Assembly: GCA_002633005.1 (NCBI GenBank)
Contig: NMRA01000042.1
Coordinates: 828,388-892,387 of the forward strand
Source of the DNA: Phoronis australis
Lineage: Eukaryota; Animalia; Phoronida
Length of the DNA stretch: 64,000 nucleotides
Direction of reading: 5' to 3'
A program made the translations under genes and the position numbers. Below are positions 35,104 through 50,100 of this stretch, one piece after another. Position 1 is the first letter of the stretch. Every line of letters starts with the position of its first letter. The notes under the pieces are model-generated. The model was not told the DNA's origin. It searched no databases and saw nothing but the letters and a program-made list of their open reading frames with translations.

Positions 35104-38100
35104 ATGTCTGGAGGTGAACTTCCCAAGGAACCGTATGTCCTGTCTGTGGATATTGGTACAACCAACATCCGTGCACACATTTATGACAAAGAGGCCACTG
35201 TCAAAGGAACTGCCATGAGAAAGGTATTGCACGGCACTGATATTGAAGGTGGAAATGTTGTAGACTTGAACTTGAGGTGATGTTAGTACTCTTTGAACAC
35301 TCAGTAATTTTAGGCAAAATAAGATGATTTTGTGAACAAAATAGCCATTTTTGGCAAAAAAGCTATAGAACCATAAAATGTCACATATTTCAGACAAAAA
35401 CTATTATTGCCAAAACTGGCCCATTTTCATTTTCAATATCTTAACATTGTTGTGAATAGTCAAACCTTTTTCAAAGTATTGTCTGTTCCCAATAGACAAT
35501 TTAACACATATTGTTTCTCTTTTGTTTTTCCAATTGATTGTCAATTTAAATTGAGTGTCTTAGGTTATGAAGTTAAAATGTGCATGTCAATGAATTTTAA
35601 ATATTTGCCCCAAAATCTTACAAAAAATGCCCCTGAGCAAAAACAGTTGACGGTGTTAGCTTAAAAATACTTCTATTTAGTCAGTCACTAGATTCAAGGA
35701 CAAAATGGTACATGTAAGATCTTAGAAACTTTCAAATCATAGGGCTTGACACTTACTAGTAGCATAACATTAACTAGCCAAATCCAACCTGGCAAAATTC
35801 CCAGGTCTCCACATGGGAACTGGTTGCTATAACAAGACAAGCCACAAACGACTCATAGTAGAGCAAGGACCAGAAATGAAATAAACGAGATACTGGAGTG
35901 ATTTGAGTGGTATGTGTGCTTCTTTTTTCAGATAGAGCTCCTTCACCCAGAGCCGGGCAGCTGTGAAATTGATGAAAAGGTTTTATTGGAGCAGTTTATC
36001 GGAGTTGTGAAAGATGCTGTTAAAGGTAGATCTGTTGTGGCTGACACTGCAGTAGACATCTTGCTTCAATGTTAGACACTGCTCATCGCAGAAAAAATGA
36101 TTAAGAGCGTTAGAATTGCATTGGAGAATGATGAAAGTATTTTTGATTTTGGTGTTTGAAAATAGCTTCTCAATACCCAGCATTCCACTGACCATGCATT
36201 TGTGTTTGTAGTTAATTTACACTTACAAACTGGGACATGAAGACTTTGCTCCATGTAACAGTAAAGTATCACCAATTTTGGACAAACATGGGTCCCAAAA
36301 TTATTGTTTACCAATTATCATAGGCTTATGACGTGGCTGTGAATGCCTTTAATTCAATAAAAAATTGTGTGGTGGTAGTTATAGTATCAAAAACTTTAAA
36401 AATGTTTTCTTTTGGTACTGTTTAACTTTTATGAAAAAAATGATAAGATTTCAATTTCAGTAATATTGCGTGACAGATTGGTGAGGTTTTAGCGTATGCA
36501 ATGTGTATTCTTTTGCTTTGTAGTTGAATGGGTAAACAGGTAAGATTTGAAAGTTCCTTTCAACTGGGTTTTGCATGTTACATACAATAATCATTATCAT
36601 CCTTATACCTGACTTATGCATTAATGAGCACAACATTGAATTACGCAGTAAACATGTATTTTTGCGACAATGGCACAGTTTCATGGTCTGCAGTAATCCC
36701 TATTAATCTTGAATCATCCGAGAAGGTCCTTGGGGCTCCAAGGGGCCAAGACAGCAGTTTTTGGAAGTTCAAAACTGATGTCTTGTTCCGTAATAGTCCA
36801 GGGAGATGCTGCTGTGTTGGCCCATGTTCATCCAGGGCTGTATGTTTAGGTCCACCATGGTCCTTGTAGGTGCTGTGTTAGCCTCTACTCATTCAAGGCT
36901 GTCAATATCACTGCCATTTTGTTCCATTGTTTCATAGTGACTGTCTGGGATGATCCATTGCCATCCATATAGGCACCATGTTGATTCTGTGTTGCTGCCA
37001 CGCTTGCCCAGATTCGTCCTTGTAGCTTGTCTATTGCTACTGGCATGACGGTCGTCTAACAGCCATCAAACCCAAAAAATGAGCCTGGATTATCCCAGAT
37101 CTTGATTCATCGGGATCGGGCGCTTTCCAGGACTGCCGTGTTTATCTGCTTCATGGAACTGAGGCTTAACTAAATTGAAATTCTGCCATTGAATTATCAA
37201 CAAGTAAATGGCTAAACGAGTAAATGGCTAGCAACTTCCGTTATTAGTTTATTAGCACTAGGAATCTGTGTGTGTGATGTTTAAAGTAATCGAGCAGGCA
37301 TTGTCAAAACAAGGTCACCCCGATGATCACTTAGCTGTAAAACACCTGCAGAATTCAGGCCATTTTTGTGGTTGCTGTATTACGTTCCATGGATAGACTG
37401 CAGGGCCAATGTGTATCATTACAGCCACTGCGAATGGATTTGCATCACATTTCATTTTTCATGAATACGGGCAAACTGGTACAAAAATGACAACTTTTTA
37501 ACTCTTAACAATTTGGGATTAGCTACAATGATTCATTTAGTTCCTTTCTTTTGTGTCTCAAGAAAGATAAGCAGTAAGCTCTCATAACTGCACAATGGCG
37601 GTTTAATTTCTGAACAGGTGTTAATTAGGTTTGTCTCTCTCTCTCTTATTATGCCCCGTCATCTCCGTCCGGCGTCCATCCGTCCGGCGTCCGCTGTTCT
37701 ATCTCCAAAACGCCTTGACTTATATTCATGAAATTGTGCACATGCGTTCATTCTGTGGATGGGAAGGCATGAGCGAACTTTCGGACAGATCCGACTTCTG
37801 GTGTGCGCCCTAGTGGCAATTTTATTTTTTTACGGTTACCTCTTCAAAAGTCCTGAACGGATTTTCATAAAATGTGGTATATAGGCACCTATTAGTGAGA
37901 TGACGCTATCCTTTCATTTTCAGATGGATTTGTCATAGTGTGCGCCACCTAGTGGCCATTTTTACTGTTTTCGAGTCTGTTTTTTTGAATCCACCCCTCT
38001 ATCAACCAAACTGCTCAAAGGATGATTGTGAAAATTGGCATGTATGTTCTTACTATAAAGTGGACGGCTGACGATGATTTTCCAACAACTTCAACAACTG

Positions 38101-41100
38101 TGGTGCCTCATAGTAGCAGTTTTTTTGCATCTATGCTTGTATTCCCTAAACCGTTTGCAGGATCTTTACTAAATTTAGTAAGTGTATTTATATGATGCTA
38201 ACAACGGAGGATGATGACTTTCAGATGGTTCTGACTACTGGTGTGCCACCTAGTGGCAATTTTATTTTTTTACGTTTACCTTTATATGTTCAAAGGTCCT
38301 CAAGGTATTTTCATAAAATTTGGCATACAGGCATCTGTTAACGAGTTGACGCTAGCTCTCCATTTTCAGATGGATTCGACCTAGTTTGCGCCACCTAGTG
38401 GCCTTTTTTCCTGTTTTCGAGTCTGGTTGATAGACAAGTGGACGCCAAAAAACAAACGGCTTTCAGGATAATTGTGAAAATTTGCATATATGTTTTTACT
38501 ATGAAGTGGACGGCTGACGACAATTTTCCGACGAGTTCGACTACTATGGCACCTCATAGTGGCAGTTTTGTTTTTTGCGCTCATGGCTGTATCTATTAAA
38601 CCGTTTGCAGGATCTTTACTTAATTTAGCAAGTGTATTTATATGATGTTGACAATGGAAGACAACGACTTTCAGACGGATCTGACTTCTGGTGTGGCCCC
38701 TAGTGGCAATTTTGTTTTTTTATGTTTACCAGTCTGTTTCTTCAAAGGTCCTCAACAGACTTTCATAAAATTTTGAATATAGGCATCTATTGGTGAGATG
38801 ATGCCATCATTCTGTTTTTGGATGGAATCGAGGTATTTTGCGCCACCTGGTGGCCATTTTTGCTGTTTTCAAATCTTGTTTTTGGCGTCCACCCCTCGAT
38901 CAACCAAATCATTTTGAAAATTGGCGTAAATTTCCGTGTGAAGAGGACGTTTGATGATGGTGACTGACTACTGTGGCGCCTCCTAGTGGTAGTTTTGTGT
39001 TGTTGTGCGCCCATAGCTGTATCTTCAAAACCCATTTTATCTTTATTAAATTTAGTAAGTGAATTTATATATTATGAAGATAACAGACGACGACTTTAAG
39101 GCGAATGGAATGGACGCTGTGCCCACAAGTGGCAATTTCATTTTGTTCTGTTTTCCTTTGTTTCTCTGAAGTTCCTTGACAGATTTTTATGAAATATGAC
39201 ATGTTCCTGTTTTTGGATGGATGGTACGTTTTTGCGCCATCTAGTGGCCAGTTTTATGATACAACTAAATAACCCTAATAGCACACCATTACCTTAGGGC
39301 ATCCCATATCATACAATGGCGAGTAGGAACTGTTTTGATTTAATTTTGCCGCCCTTACAAATTAGCACTTCTTGTTTTCTGTACTTTTTGCTGTGTTCTA
39401 TGATGTCTTAATGATTAGAATTGCTTCATTTTTATTTTATCTTACTTTGAAGAAGAATTCGTCATTGTTTATCCACCGAATACACGCTCAGTAAAACTTT
39501 TGTCAGTTGATTTATTGAGATGTGTTTTGATAAAACTGAATGTTTGCTACTGATGGGGCACTTAGAATGTATTTAAAAAATTGGATTACTTTTAGATTCC
39601 AGCCTAGAGGCCAGTGACATTACCTGTATGGGCATCACCACCCTAAGGAACACATTCATTACGTGGGACAGGTAAGAGGACCACTGGATGCGATAGAGAA
39701 TTTAAAATTGTTAGTGTACTTCAAAGCACAGCTTTCGTTCCAATAAAAATTTGGGGACACCTTCTGAAAATTTGGCCTCTCGGCATTTGTGGTCTATGTG
39801 AGCCCCCAAGCTACGTCATTAGTGCAAAGGTCACCTATCTGCAGATTTTTTTGTTTTCACATTTACAAGTTGTCAATGAATACAACTGCACTTTATTTAG
39901 GCGAAGCGTAGAAGATGTTCAAATAGTGTTGTCGTTTAGTTCTTGTTATTCATTAGCATAGGAGCATGCAAATGCATATTTATTAAAATTTGGCATGCAG
40001 TGCTAGAATCATTACATGATTACTTGGAGGGTTGTAAATAGTTAAAGCTCTGTAGTTTTGTGTCTCACACAGGGAGACAGGGCAGCCTTTCCATCACTTT
40101 ATTACATGGCAAGACCTGAGGGCCAAGGACAAAACCGTGTGCTGGAATAACTCCTACGCATTCAGGGTAACTGTCTGTATTGAAGTAAATTGTTTGAAAT
40201 AATATTAACCAAGATTTTCAAGTGACTGCTTGCTTGAGGCCCCAGATTGTAAACACGCATTTGTCTCTCAAGGTTTATTCAGTTTAGTCTGCTGCAGTCG
40301 TGCCAGCGAGGCAGTGTGCCATTGTTAGCCAATTGTAATGTTAATTGCCAAAGCTTCTGGAGACTTTCGAGACTGGCTGAAATTGGTGTGAGTGGTCGCC
40401 TTTTTTCTAAAAGTAGAACCATGCAGGTTTTGGAATAAGTTGAGGTGCGCAAGTAGCTATGTTATGTTTTTTCCCTGGTGTGATGCTTATTGTATTATAG
40501 TCATTCTTTTTAACTCGTTGCAATGAATGAAGGACCCTAATGACTGTTTTGTGCCTCGCTTCTCGCTTCAGAATTCTAGATCTCGTTCAATTTTATGTGT
40601 ACACTAATATATAACTGAATTTTTTATTCATTTCGTGAATGATTTGTATGCGGTATATATACTGCATCATTGTAAAAACTGTGCATACTTTGCCAACTGG
40701 TGGCTCTGTAAACCGTCCATTAATGTTAATTGAGGACTATTGCTGCTGGTAAACACGTATTCTGCTCGGCAATACAGAATGTGGTGGCTCATGAGACAGC
40801 CAGTTTAGAGGCTACTAGCCTCGCAGAACACACAACGGTTATACATCTACAGTAGTTTATAAAAAATGTAATAAAAATTGACTCTCACATCTTTAGAACA
40901 GAAAATTAAGCATTTGTTTATTAATTGTCTAGGAATTTTCTTTTAATTTCTTTGACAAGTTTTCATATTTGACAAGCTTTCATAGAACTTTGACAAAACT
41001 GGGTGCCAATCATGAAATTTTATCATTCTTTTAGAAAATTATCATATCCATAATATCATTATTTCTTGACTTACAGGCATTTAAAGGCTCATCCAAATGT

Positions 41101-44100
41101 GTTCACCTGGTGTCTAGAAGTAACAGATTTCTAGCAGGAAGTGTGCTGAAGTTCATGACCGTACAGGTGAGCTAAGCATTAGAGCGGTAAAACTAATGTC
41201 AGGTGCAGATCCATCATCATGATGGTGGGAGAGACTGATAATGGACAGACATAAGTAGCACTCCATCTTTGCAACACAGAACATTAAAGGATTCTGTGCC
41301 TGGTTGGATGAAACAGTCTCAAATAGGGACTCGACTAAGCTCCCTAAATCTTTATTCATGTGAATCTTCATTTACTCACAAATGTTATGTTTTTCAAAAA
41401 ACAGACAATCACCGCACAAATAAAAAGTTCTCATTGATTCGACGTTTTGTCTATTCATTAGACATCATCAGGTTATAAACAATAAGACATCAAGTGTCGA
41501 CATACCAGTCAGGTTACATCCATGTAGTGAAATGAGTATAGCAAGAAATACAGGGAATAGTAAAAGGGTCATCATTATAGCTGTAGAGTCACTGAGCTCT
41601 GCATGTTATTCAGAGAATCAGCAACATGCTGATCCTGAATGGCCAATGACTCTTTAAGGTACAGTAATTCCTTTGTAGGTTTTTTACAGGTAATACTAAC
41701 TGAACTGGCTTGGTGATTTTTGCTAACACAATGTCTATAGACGTTGCTTTTGTCAGAGGTGTGGTGTTCTTTCAGTCTGTCACAGAGACATCTCTGTGTG
41801 AGTCCGATATAGAATTAATTACAGTTATCACATTCAACTTCATAAACAACATTGTTATTGTTTAACAAAGACATATGTGACTTCAGTTTACACAGCATAT
41901 TGGAAAGTTTAGGAAGAGGTTTGAAAACAACTATCAGCTCAACGGCTGGGTCTATGCAATGTACAAAACGAGATAATTGACGTTTCAACTTCAGACTACT
42001 TGGCCCATATTTTTCTTGGCCAGCTCCTCATTTACTTGACTGTGTATTGTTTTCTGAGCTCTTGTTTCAACGAAAATAAATGGGGACTTTGAAGTAGGGA
42101 CGTTACAGAAAAAGACCCCCATTTATTTTCAGTAATATTGAGACATCAACGTAGAGTTTGAGCATGGTTCAAAGCTAAATACTGACTTTGAAGACAAAGT
42201 AGCATTAGAAAGTTCAATCAGTGTTTTCACAAGTCGACAAATTTGAAAATTTACGGAACATAGTTGTGTCCCGTTCTGGGACCGTTTCATGCAACCAGGC
42301 ACTGGACCCCTCCTCTGGATCTGCACCTGTTGCTCTGCTCTTGTTCTATTACGTGGTGTTTGTTTAGGAATGCCAAATACTTCTGGAATCTTTCTGTATC
42401 ACCAGACGTTTTGTTCATTTTATTCAAGCGATAATTATACTTTCATTCACTAGGGACTAATTTCAGTTAATTTTGATTAGCGGTTTATTCTTTGGTGCAG
42501 GTTTCTTTGCTCCTTTGTTTGTGTCTGATTGTATTTTGCAATTAAGAAAAAACAGTTTTAAAAGAGTAAATAATTCAGGGATACTTAAATGCAAATAATT
42601 TAATTTTGTTGCAAAATCTAATTACGTAAAATTGAAAAATATCTTATTTGTTGATTGGAACGTTGACATCACTGTGATGCTGTTTACATTGTGCTGCCCT
42701 CTGCAGGTATCAATGAGACTACTGTGGTGCTTCGACAACTTCCCTGAGGTACGTGACCTAACTGACCCGCTGGAGGGTGCTGTTTCATTTGGATGTGGCA
42801 GTTAACAATTCTAGCTCGTTACATTGAAATTTAGAATAACAACAGATTTCTTTAAGCTATTCCGTGTGATATGGATCATACTTTGAATTATAGGGGATAT
42901 TTAAGTCAAACTTACTTGACAAAAAGGTATGTTGTGCACTCGATAATGATTTTAGGTGGTGTTTTAATATTCAAAAATAAACGTCAGGTATCCTGGTTGC
43001 TCGAAATTGGCTGGGTCACAATATGGTTAAAAACAGTAAAAGCAGTTTGGCTCATAAATACGGTGAAATCTCACCAAGTTAGGACTCAATACGTTGGAGA
43101 AGTGGATTCTTATTTTTTCATTTTTATGTGCCCGTCCGGCGTCCGCTGCTCTATCTCCAAAACCGATTGACATATGTTCATGAAATTTTGGGCGTGTGTT
43201 CCTTTCATGGAAGGGACGGCATGAGCGAACTTTCGGACGGATCCCACTACCAGTGGCAATTTTAGTTTTTTACGTATCTTCAAAGGTCCTTTTAACATGT
43301 TTTCACAAAATGTGGTATATTGGCATCTATTAGTGAGAATACGGTATCCTCCTATTTTTGGTTGTATTCGGCGTAGTTTGCTCCATTTTTACTCTTTTCA
43401 AGTCTGTTTTTTAGCGTCCACCCCTCAATCAACCAAACTGCTCTAAGCATAAATTGGCATGTATGTTCTTACTATGAAGAGGACGGTTGACGATGATTTT
43501 CCGACAACTTTGACCATTGTGGTGCCTCCTAGTAGCAGTTTTGTTTTTTTTTGCGCCTGTGGCTATATCTCCTAAACCGTTTGCGAGATCTTTACTCAAT
43601 TGAGTAAGTGCATTTATATGATGATGACAACGGACGACGACGACTTTTGGACAGATCTGATTACTGATGTGCCACCTAGTGGCAATTTTATTTTTTTACA
43701 TTTACCTCTGTATCTTCAATGGTCCTCAAGGTATTTTCATAAAATTCGGTGTACTGGCTTCTGTTAGTGAAGTAACGCTATCTTTCCGTTTTCAGATGGA
43801 TTCGACCTAGTTTGCGCCACCTAGTGGCCATATTTACTGTTTTTGAGTCATGTTTTTTGGCGTTCACCCCTCTATCAACCAAACCGCTTTCCGGATAATT
43901 GTGAAAATTGGCATGTTTGTTTTTACTATGAAGTGGACAGGTGACTATGATTTTCTGATGACTTTGACTACCGTGGCGCCTCATAATGGCCTTTTCGTTT
44001 TTTGCGCTCATGGCTGTATCTCCTAAAAGGTTTGCAGGAACTTCACTAAACTTAACAACTGTGTTTATATGATGTTGACAACGGACCACGACGATTTTCA

Positions 44101-47100
44101 GATGAATCTGAATACTGGTGTGCCCCTGGTGATAATTTTAGTGGCAATTTGATTTTTTTACGTTTACCTCTGTATCTTCAAATGTCCTCAACGGATTTTC
44201 ATAAAATTTTGAATACGGGCATCTGTTGGTGAGATGACGCTATCCTCAAGGTTTTGGGTGGATTCAAGGTATTTTGTGCCGCCTGGTGGCCATTTTTGCT
44301 GTTTTTGAGTCTGTTTTTTGGCATCTACCCCTCTATCAACCAAATCATTCTAAGGATGGTTTTGAAAATTGGCGTGTATGTTCTCAGTGTGAAGGCAACG
44401 GTTGACGATGACAACTTTGATTACTGGGGCACCACCTAGTGGTAGTTTTGTTTTGTTTTGTTTTGCGCCCATAGCTGTATCTCCTAAACCCACCGCAGGA
44501 TCTTTATTAAATTTATTAATAAGTGTATTTATATGAAGCTAACAACAGACAATGACGACTTTCAGGCGGATCCAATGAACAGTGTGCCTCCTAGTGGCAA
44601 TTTCATTTTATTCTGTTTTCCTTTGTTTCTCTGAAGTTCGGTCATGAATTTATATGAAATTTGATGTATAGCTTTCTATTAAAGAAGCAAAGACGTGTTC
44701 CCATTTTTGGATGGATTGCACATTTTTGGGCCATCTAGTGGCCATTTTTATTACACATATAAACAACCCTAAAAGCACACCATTTGCGATGCATTCATGG
44801 GCGCATATCAACGCTCTGCGTCGCTCTTGTTTTTACAAAAGATGAGGAGTCTTAAATAATCATTTTCTATAACACAAGCCAATAACCAGACGATGTTTTA
44901 GTAATTGTTGGCATTCACAAGAAGTCTATGAAGAACGCAAAAATATCAATTTTGGTGATTATTTTTGTCCAAATTTTGTCGGTGAGGTTTCATTGTTGAA
45001 TGAGTGTAGCTGGGGGACAGCACGATAGAACCTGTTATAGTATGAACAAAACAGACAGCTGTTTCGTACATATACCGGGTTTTTTATTTTTTCGATTTTA
45101 TGATTAGCCATGGAATGTGTGGCGCTCACTTATTATCCTTCCAGAGGTAGTTTTGCAACCGTATGTATGAGTTATTCCAGTTTGAAGTTGGAAGTATTTG
45201 AGGTAGATTTTATCATTGTACAGTAATTCTCCACTTAGTCCGCAAAACATAATTGCCAAAACTGACATTTTTATGCACTCCCATATTTACATGTGGACGC
45301 ATTATGCTATCATCTCCGTCTGTCCGGTGTCCGCTGCTCTATCTCCAGATGTATATTCATGAAATTGTGCGAACTTTTGGACGTATCTGACTACTGGTGT
45401 GCTCCCTAATGGCAATTTTAGTTTTTACATTTACTTGTGTATATTCAAAGGTCCTCAACGGATTTTCTTAAAATTTGGCATATTGTTAGCTATTAGTGAG
45501 ATGATGCTATCTTCCCGTTTTCAGATGGATTTAGGGTATTTTGCGCTGCCTAGTGGCCATTTTTACTGTTTTTTACCATCCGCCCCTTAATCAACCAATC
45601 CATTCTAAGGATGATTTTGAAAATTGGCATACATGTACTTAGTGTGAAGAGAATGGTTGACGATGACGACTTCGGCTACTATGGCGCCTCATAGTGTCCG
45701 TTTTTTATTGCCATTGCTGTATCTCTTAAACCCACTACAGGATCTTTATTAAATATAGCAAGTATATTCATATGAAGTTGACAACAGTTGAAGACAACGA
45801 CTTTCAGACGGATCCGACGAATGTTGTGCCCCCTAGTGGCAATTTTATTTTTTCCATTTTTTCTGTTTCTCAGAAGTTCCTTTACAAATTTTTATGAAAT
45901 TTACTAAATAGATTTTTATCAAAAAAATGATGACGTGTTCCCATTTTCGGATGGATTCAACATATTTTGCGTCATCTAGTGGCCATTTTTATGATACATA
46001 TAAACACCCCTAGAAGCACACCGTTTGCGTTGCATTTGTGGGCACAATCCAACGCTCTGCGTTGCTCTTGTTACATTTTTCGAAGTCTGATTACTTTGCT
46101 ACAAATAACGGAAGCTTTACTAAGTGTTTTTTCATGGCATCTACATGGTGCAAACCTTGCTAGTAATAGACTAAATTAGTGTTCTTTATCTTTGTTTCTG
46201 TGCAGAAATTTGGCAAAATATAGCTTCACTTGTCGGTCATATTGTGTGCTAAATAAGTGTCCATTCATTGCACAGCTGAAGCGCCGCCTACTGCAGAATC
46301 AAGTGATGTTTGGAACGGTAGACACCTGGCTTCTGTATCAACTGACCGGTGGTCAATCGTACGCCACTGACTTCTCCAATGCTAGTTCTACTGGACTCTA
46401 TGACACATTTATGGTAAAAAAAAAACAAGAATATGGGATCTGAAGACCCTCTTCGCTAGGCTTGCTTTGTTAAAAGTATACTGAAGCAACACCGTGGCAT
46501 TGACATGGGAAAATTTTGTGTAAATTGGGAAGGAAAAAAGAAAAGAAGATTGGTATTAAGGGAGGGACAGATATAGAAATTGACTGAAAAATATGAATTT
46601 GAAGAGAATATGGACGATGGCACAGTGTTGCGACGAGACAAAGAAATCCCATGGTACAATTAAACCAAGAGTGGGAGAACAAAGAGGGTCACTGACCCGA
46701 GAATCCAAACAATATGATAATAAGGACAAAGCATAATGGCTTACATAAAATAATTTACTACTTAACTAATATTTATATGCACTAACTGCAAATCTATACC
46801 GAAGCCGACCTTTAAAGCTCAACATATTGTACAACTTTTGTATTTATTCATATCTGTAGTAGTTTAGTTTGATATAGGACCTTTTATCTCACCTTCACGT
46901 GTTGTTTCACTGTAAACTAGCTTCAGTATCGCTTCGCAGTTAGCGCATATAAAAATAACTTGTAAAGGCGCGAGCCTGATATTTTCTCTTATGCTCCCAC
47001 ATTGCTGTTCATCAATATTTTCTTTTGCCGCGTAGTTGTTAGCAAATCACAGTCTGACAATAATTTACACTATATTCTGTGAATCATTTGCCATGATCTG

Positions 47101-50100
47101 AATATTCTCCGAATCATAGCTTGCTTGAATATGATATTAAATTATTTTTCGAAAATGGTGGTTTGGAGCTTAAGATGAAATTTCGAACACTTTTCGTAAA
47201 ACAGAACCCGAGTTAGCCTTTGTACAAAATTGTATAAAATGTATGTTGATGTTCAGTCATATATGGCTAGCTGTCTGGCTACCTTTTGGTAGATTGTTAA
47301 TATTATAATGTTTCAGGTTTTGAATTTTGCCTGTTACCTGGATAATGCCTGAACTGTAATGCTGGATCTTTTTGGCAAACTAATGGTGGAATCTTGAAAA
47401 AAAACATTTTACTGGCATGTGTAATGTCTGTTACATTTTTAACTTGAAGAGCTATCTATCAGTAGAAAGATTTGAGCAAATTCATATCATGCATTGGGAG
47501 AGTATTGCGCTCCAAAATATTAGATTTAATTTATATGTATGGCATTAATACTTCAGATAGATGAATGACAACATACAATGATCATCTTACTTAGTTTTCT
47601 GCACAACATACTACTTTTGGACTCAGTGTAATTAGCTTTTTCGTGTTCAATTTCAGCTTGAGTGGAGCTCCATAGTGTGTCGCTTGTTAGGAATCCCTAT
47701 CCATATATTCCCACCGGTGCAAAACACAAGGTTTGCATCTTCAGTGTTTCACTGTATGAACTATAAACTTTACTCTTAGTCTAAAAATGTGCACTAGTTT
47801 TAAGAAAGTTTTGCCGAAATCTCTTTTTGTTGAAACTCGGTAACATTTTGATTTAGAGTAATTATTTTTATGTTCGACACTTGGACAGACTAAAGTCATA
47901 CATCACAAGGTCATTTTCAGAAATGAAAAGGAGATCAGAGGTTGGCATGATTATGTCATTTATTATGACTATCCAAGTTGTACAAAACAAAGTAAATAGA
48001 ATATTTAATGGTAATAAAATAATATTATCTTTGGAAATACGGGAAATAATAAAGTACTACAAGAGACGTTGAAAACGGCCTGTATATGTTCAGTTATCGC
48101 TTTTTGAGCTACTTTCAGTGGTGACAAATCTGGATGATGTTATATCGCGAAATTTTATGTTTTACTGATCACATTGAATGTGACTAAAGTTAATTTTATT
48201 TTATCCAAATCTGTGTTTCAGTGGCCATTTTGGTGACACAAGTTTTGACATATTCGGTGCTTCTATACCAATCACGTGTCTTGTAAGTGTATTTTATTTA
48301 ATGGTATTAAAGAATTGATCTCCATTCAGACTGACAGTGAGCACATAAATTGTAATTGCGTGTAATTTCGTATAACAATATTATAAAATGATTATTTCAA
48401 GGCTTAACTTGCATGGTTTCAACAAGATCTGATAAAATACCTGGCTTGGTTTACTTACTGGCATACAATTTCCTTCAACTGAATGAAATAGGCATAAAAG
48501 CCATGAACTGGGCTTTGTTTAACCTTATAGGGAAATTAGATGTGTCAGAATAGCACTGAAACAGTGAGAGTAAGAGCACAAATTACCATTATCTTACAAG
48601 GTAGGGGACCAACAAGGTGCTATGTTCGGTGAGTGCTGCTTTGAGTTGGGCGACGTGAAACTGACGTGTGGGACAGGCACCTTTGTCGACCTCAACACAG
48701 GCAGTAACCCTCATGCCTCTGTAGCCGGTAGGTGTCTAGTGTTTACGACAACATTTTCATGGTTTACCTAAACTGAGGTTGGGTATGTCCCTTACCTTTT
48801 TATTCTGGATTTTTACGTTTATGTCCATTTATATACACATTATTGCATGATAAGGTTGTTAGTTCTTGTGTCTTGACCCTGGGTGTTACTTGTGGCATTT
48901 ATTGCTCGAGGTTGCTAATTCTTCTGAATCTTACGATCGTTCTAGGAAAGGGAAATAATGGGTTAGAATATGTAATAATACGATATTTGTCACCGTGAAA
49001 AAACTGCAAAAATCACAAAACAAAAATCAAAATGTTCAACTTCAGTTGTGCTGTATGCCAGTCACCCCTATACAGGGCAATGGATTAAACCAATGGTTGG
49101 AGTAAGAGAAAGGTGCCCTCTGATTTTATGGGTAATGTGCTGTATGTCTTCTGTGTAGACACAAATACAACCTCACTCACATGTATTAGGTGTAAGAATA
49201 TATGTCATGAGAATTTTGTTTTCTAATTTTTGTGGACACGAAAGATCAATTTTTAGACTCTAAAAATCAGACACGGTTGATTAATTTCTAGCGCATATTT
49301 CTGACAGATTTCTGTTTGCAAAGTTCTGTTTGAATTGAATTGTATAGAATTTAAGAAACAAATTTTAGATGTTATTTTTATATTAAAAACAAATCGTTTC
49401 GACATGTTGGTGGCTCTGAATTGCCTGACAGTTTACATCATTGCCTGTAGGTCTATATCCATTAGTCGGTTGGAAAATAGGGAATGAAATCACATACCTA
49501 GCAGAGGGGATGGCATCAGATACCGGCACAGCCATTGAGTGGGCCAAAAAGATTGGTGTTTTCGATGATGTTTGTGAAACGTCAGATTTAGCCAAGTCGG
49601 TGCCAGGTAAGTAGCACAAGATCATAACAAGATTGTGATGTTTAAGTTTACATGCTATGGATTATGAGATATTTTGGGTTCATAGCAACTGACCATGGTG
49701 CGGCTCAGCAGGGAAAAATGCTACGTTAACAGATAGATGCATTAGAGTTGACAGAAGAAATGACCCATGATTGGTGAGAATATGAATCTTGCCAACAAGT
49801 CCATGTATGTTCGACTCTTCTGCATATACGCAGTTTATGTATACAGAATGACTGTCTTGAATTACTATGACATGGTGCATTTGGTATTTGGTTCATTACT
49901 CTGACTAGAGAAGCAATGTCACGTAACTCTTGGTCTAAAGTTATATGGTAATGACTTCATCAGTGACTTTCAGTAATGAAGACCAACATTTTCTGCAGGC
50001 TTCCAGCCAACGCAGCACCCTGAAAGAAGTCTTACATTATCATAATCATGTGTTTTTTGTTTCAATCTCACCACTCAAGACACATATCTTCCATGCAGAT

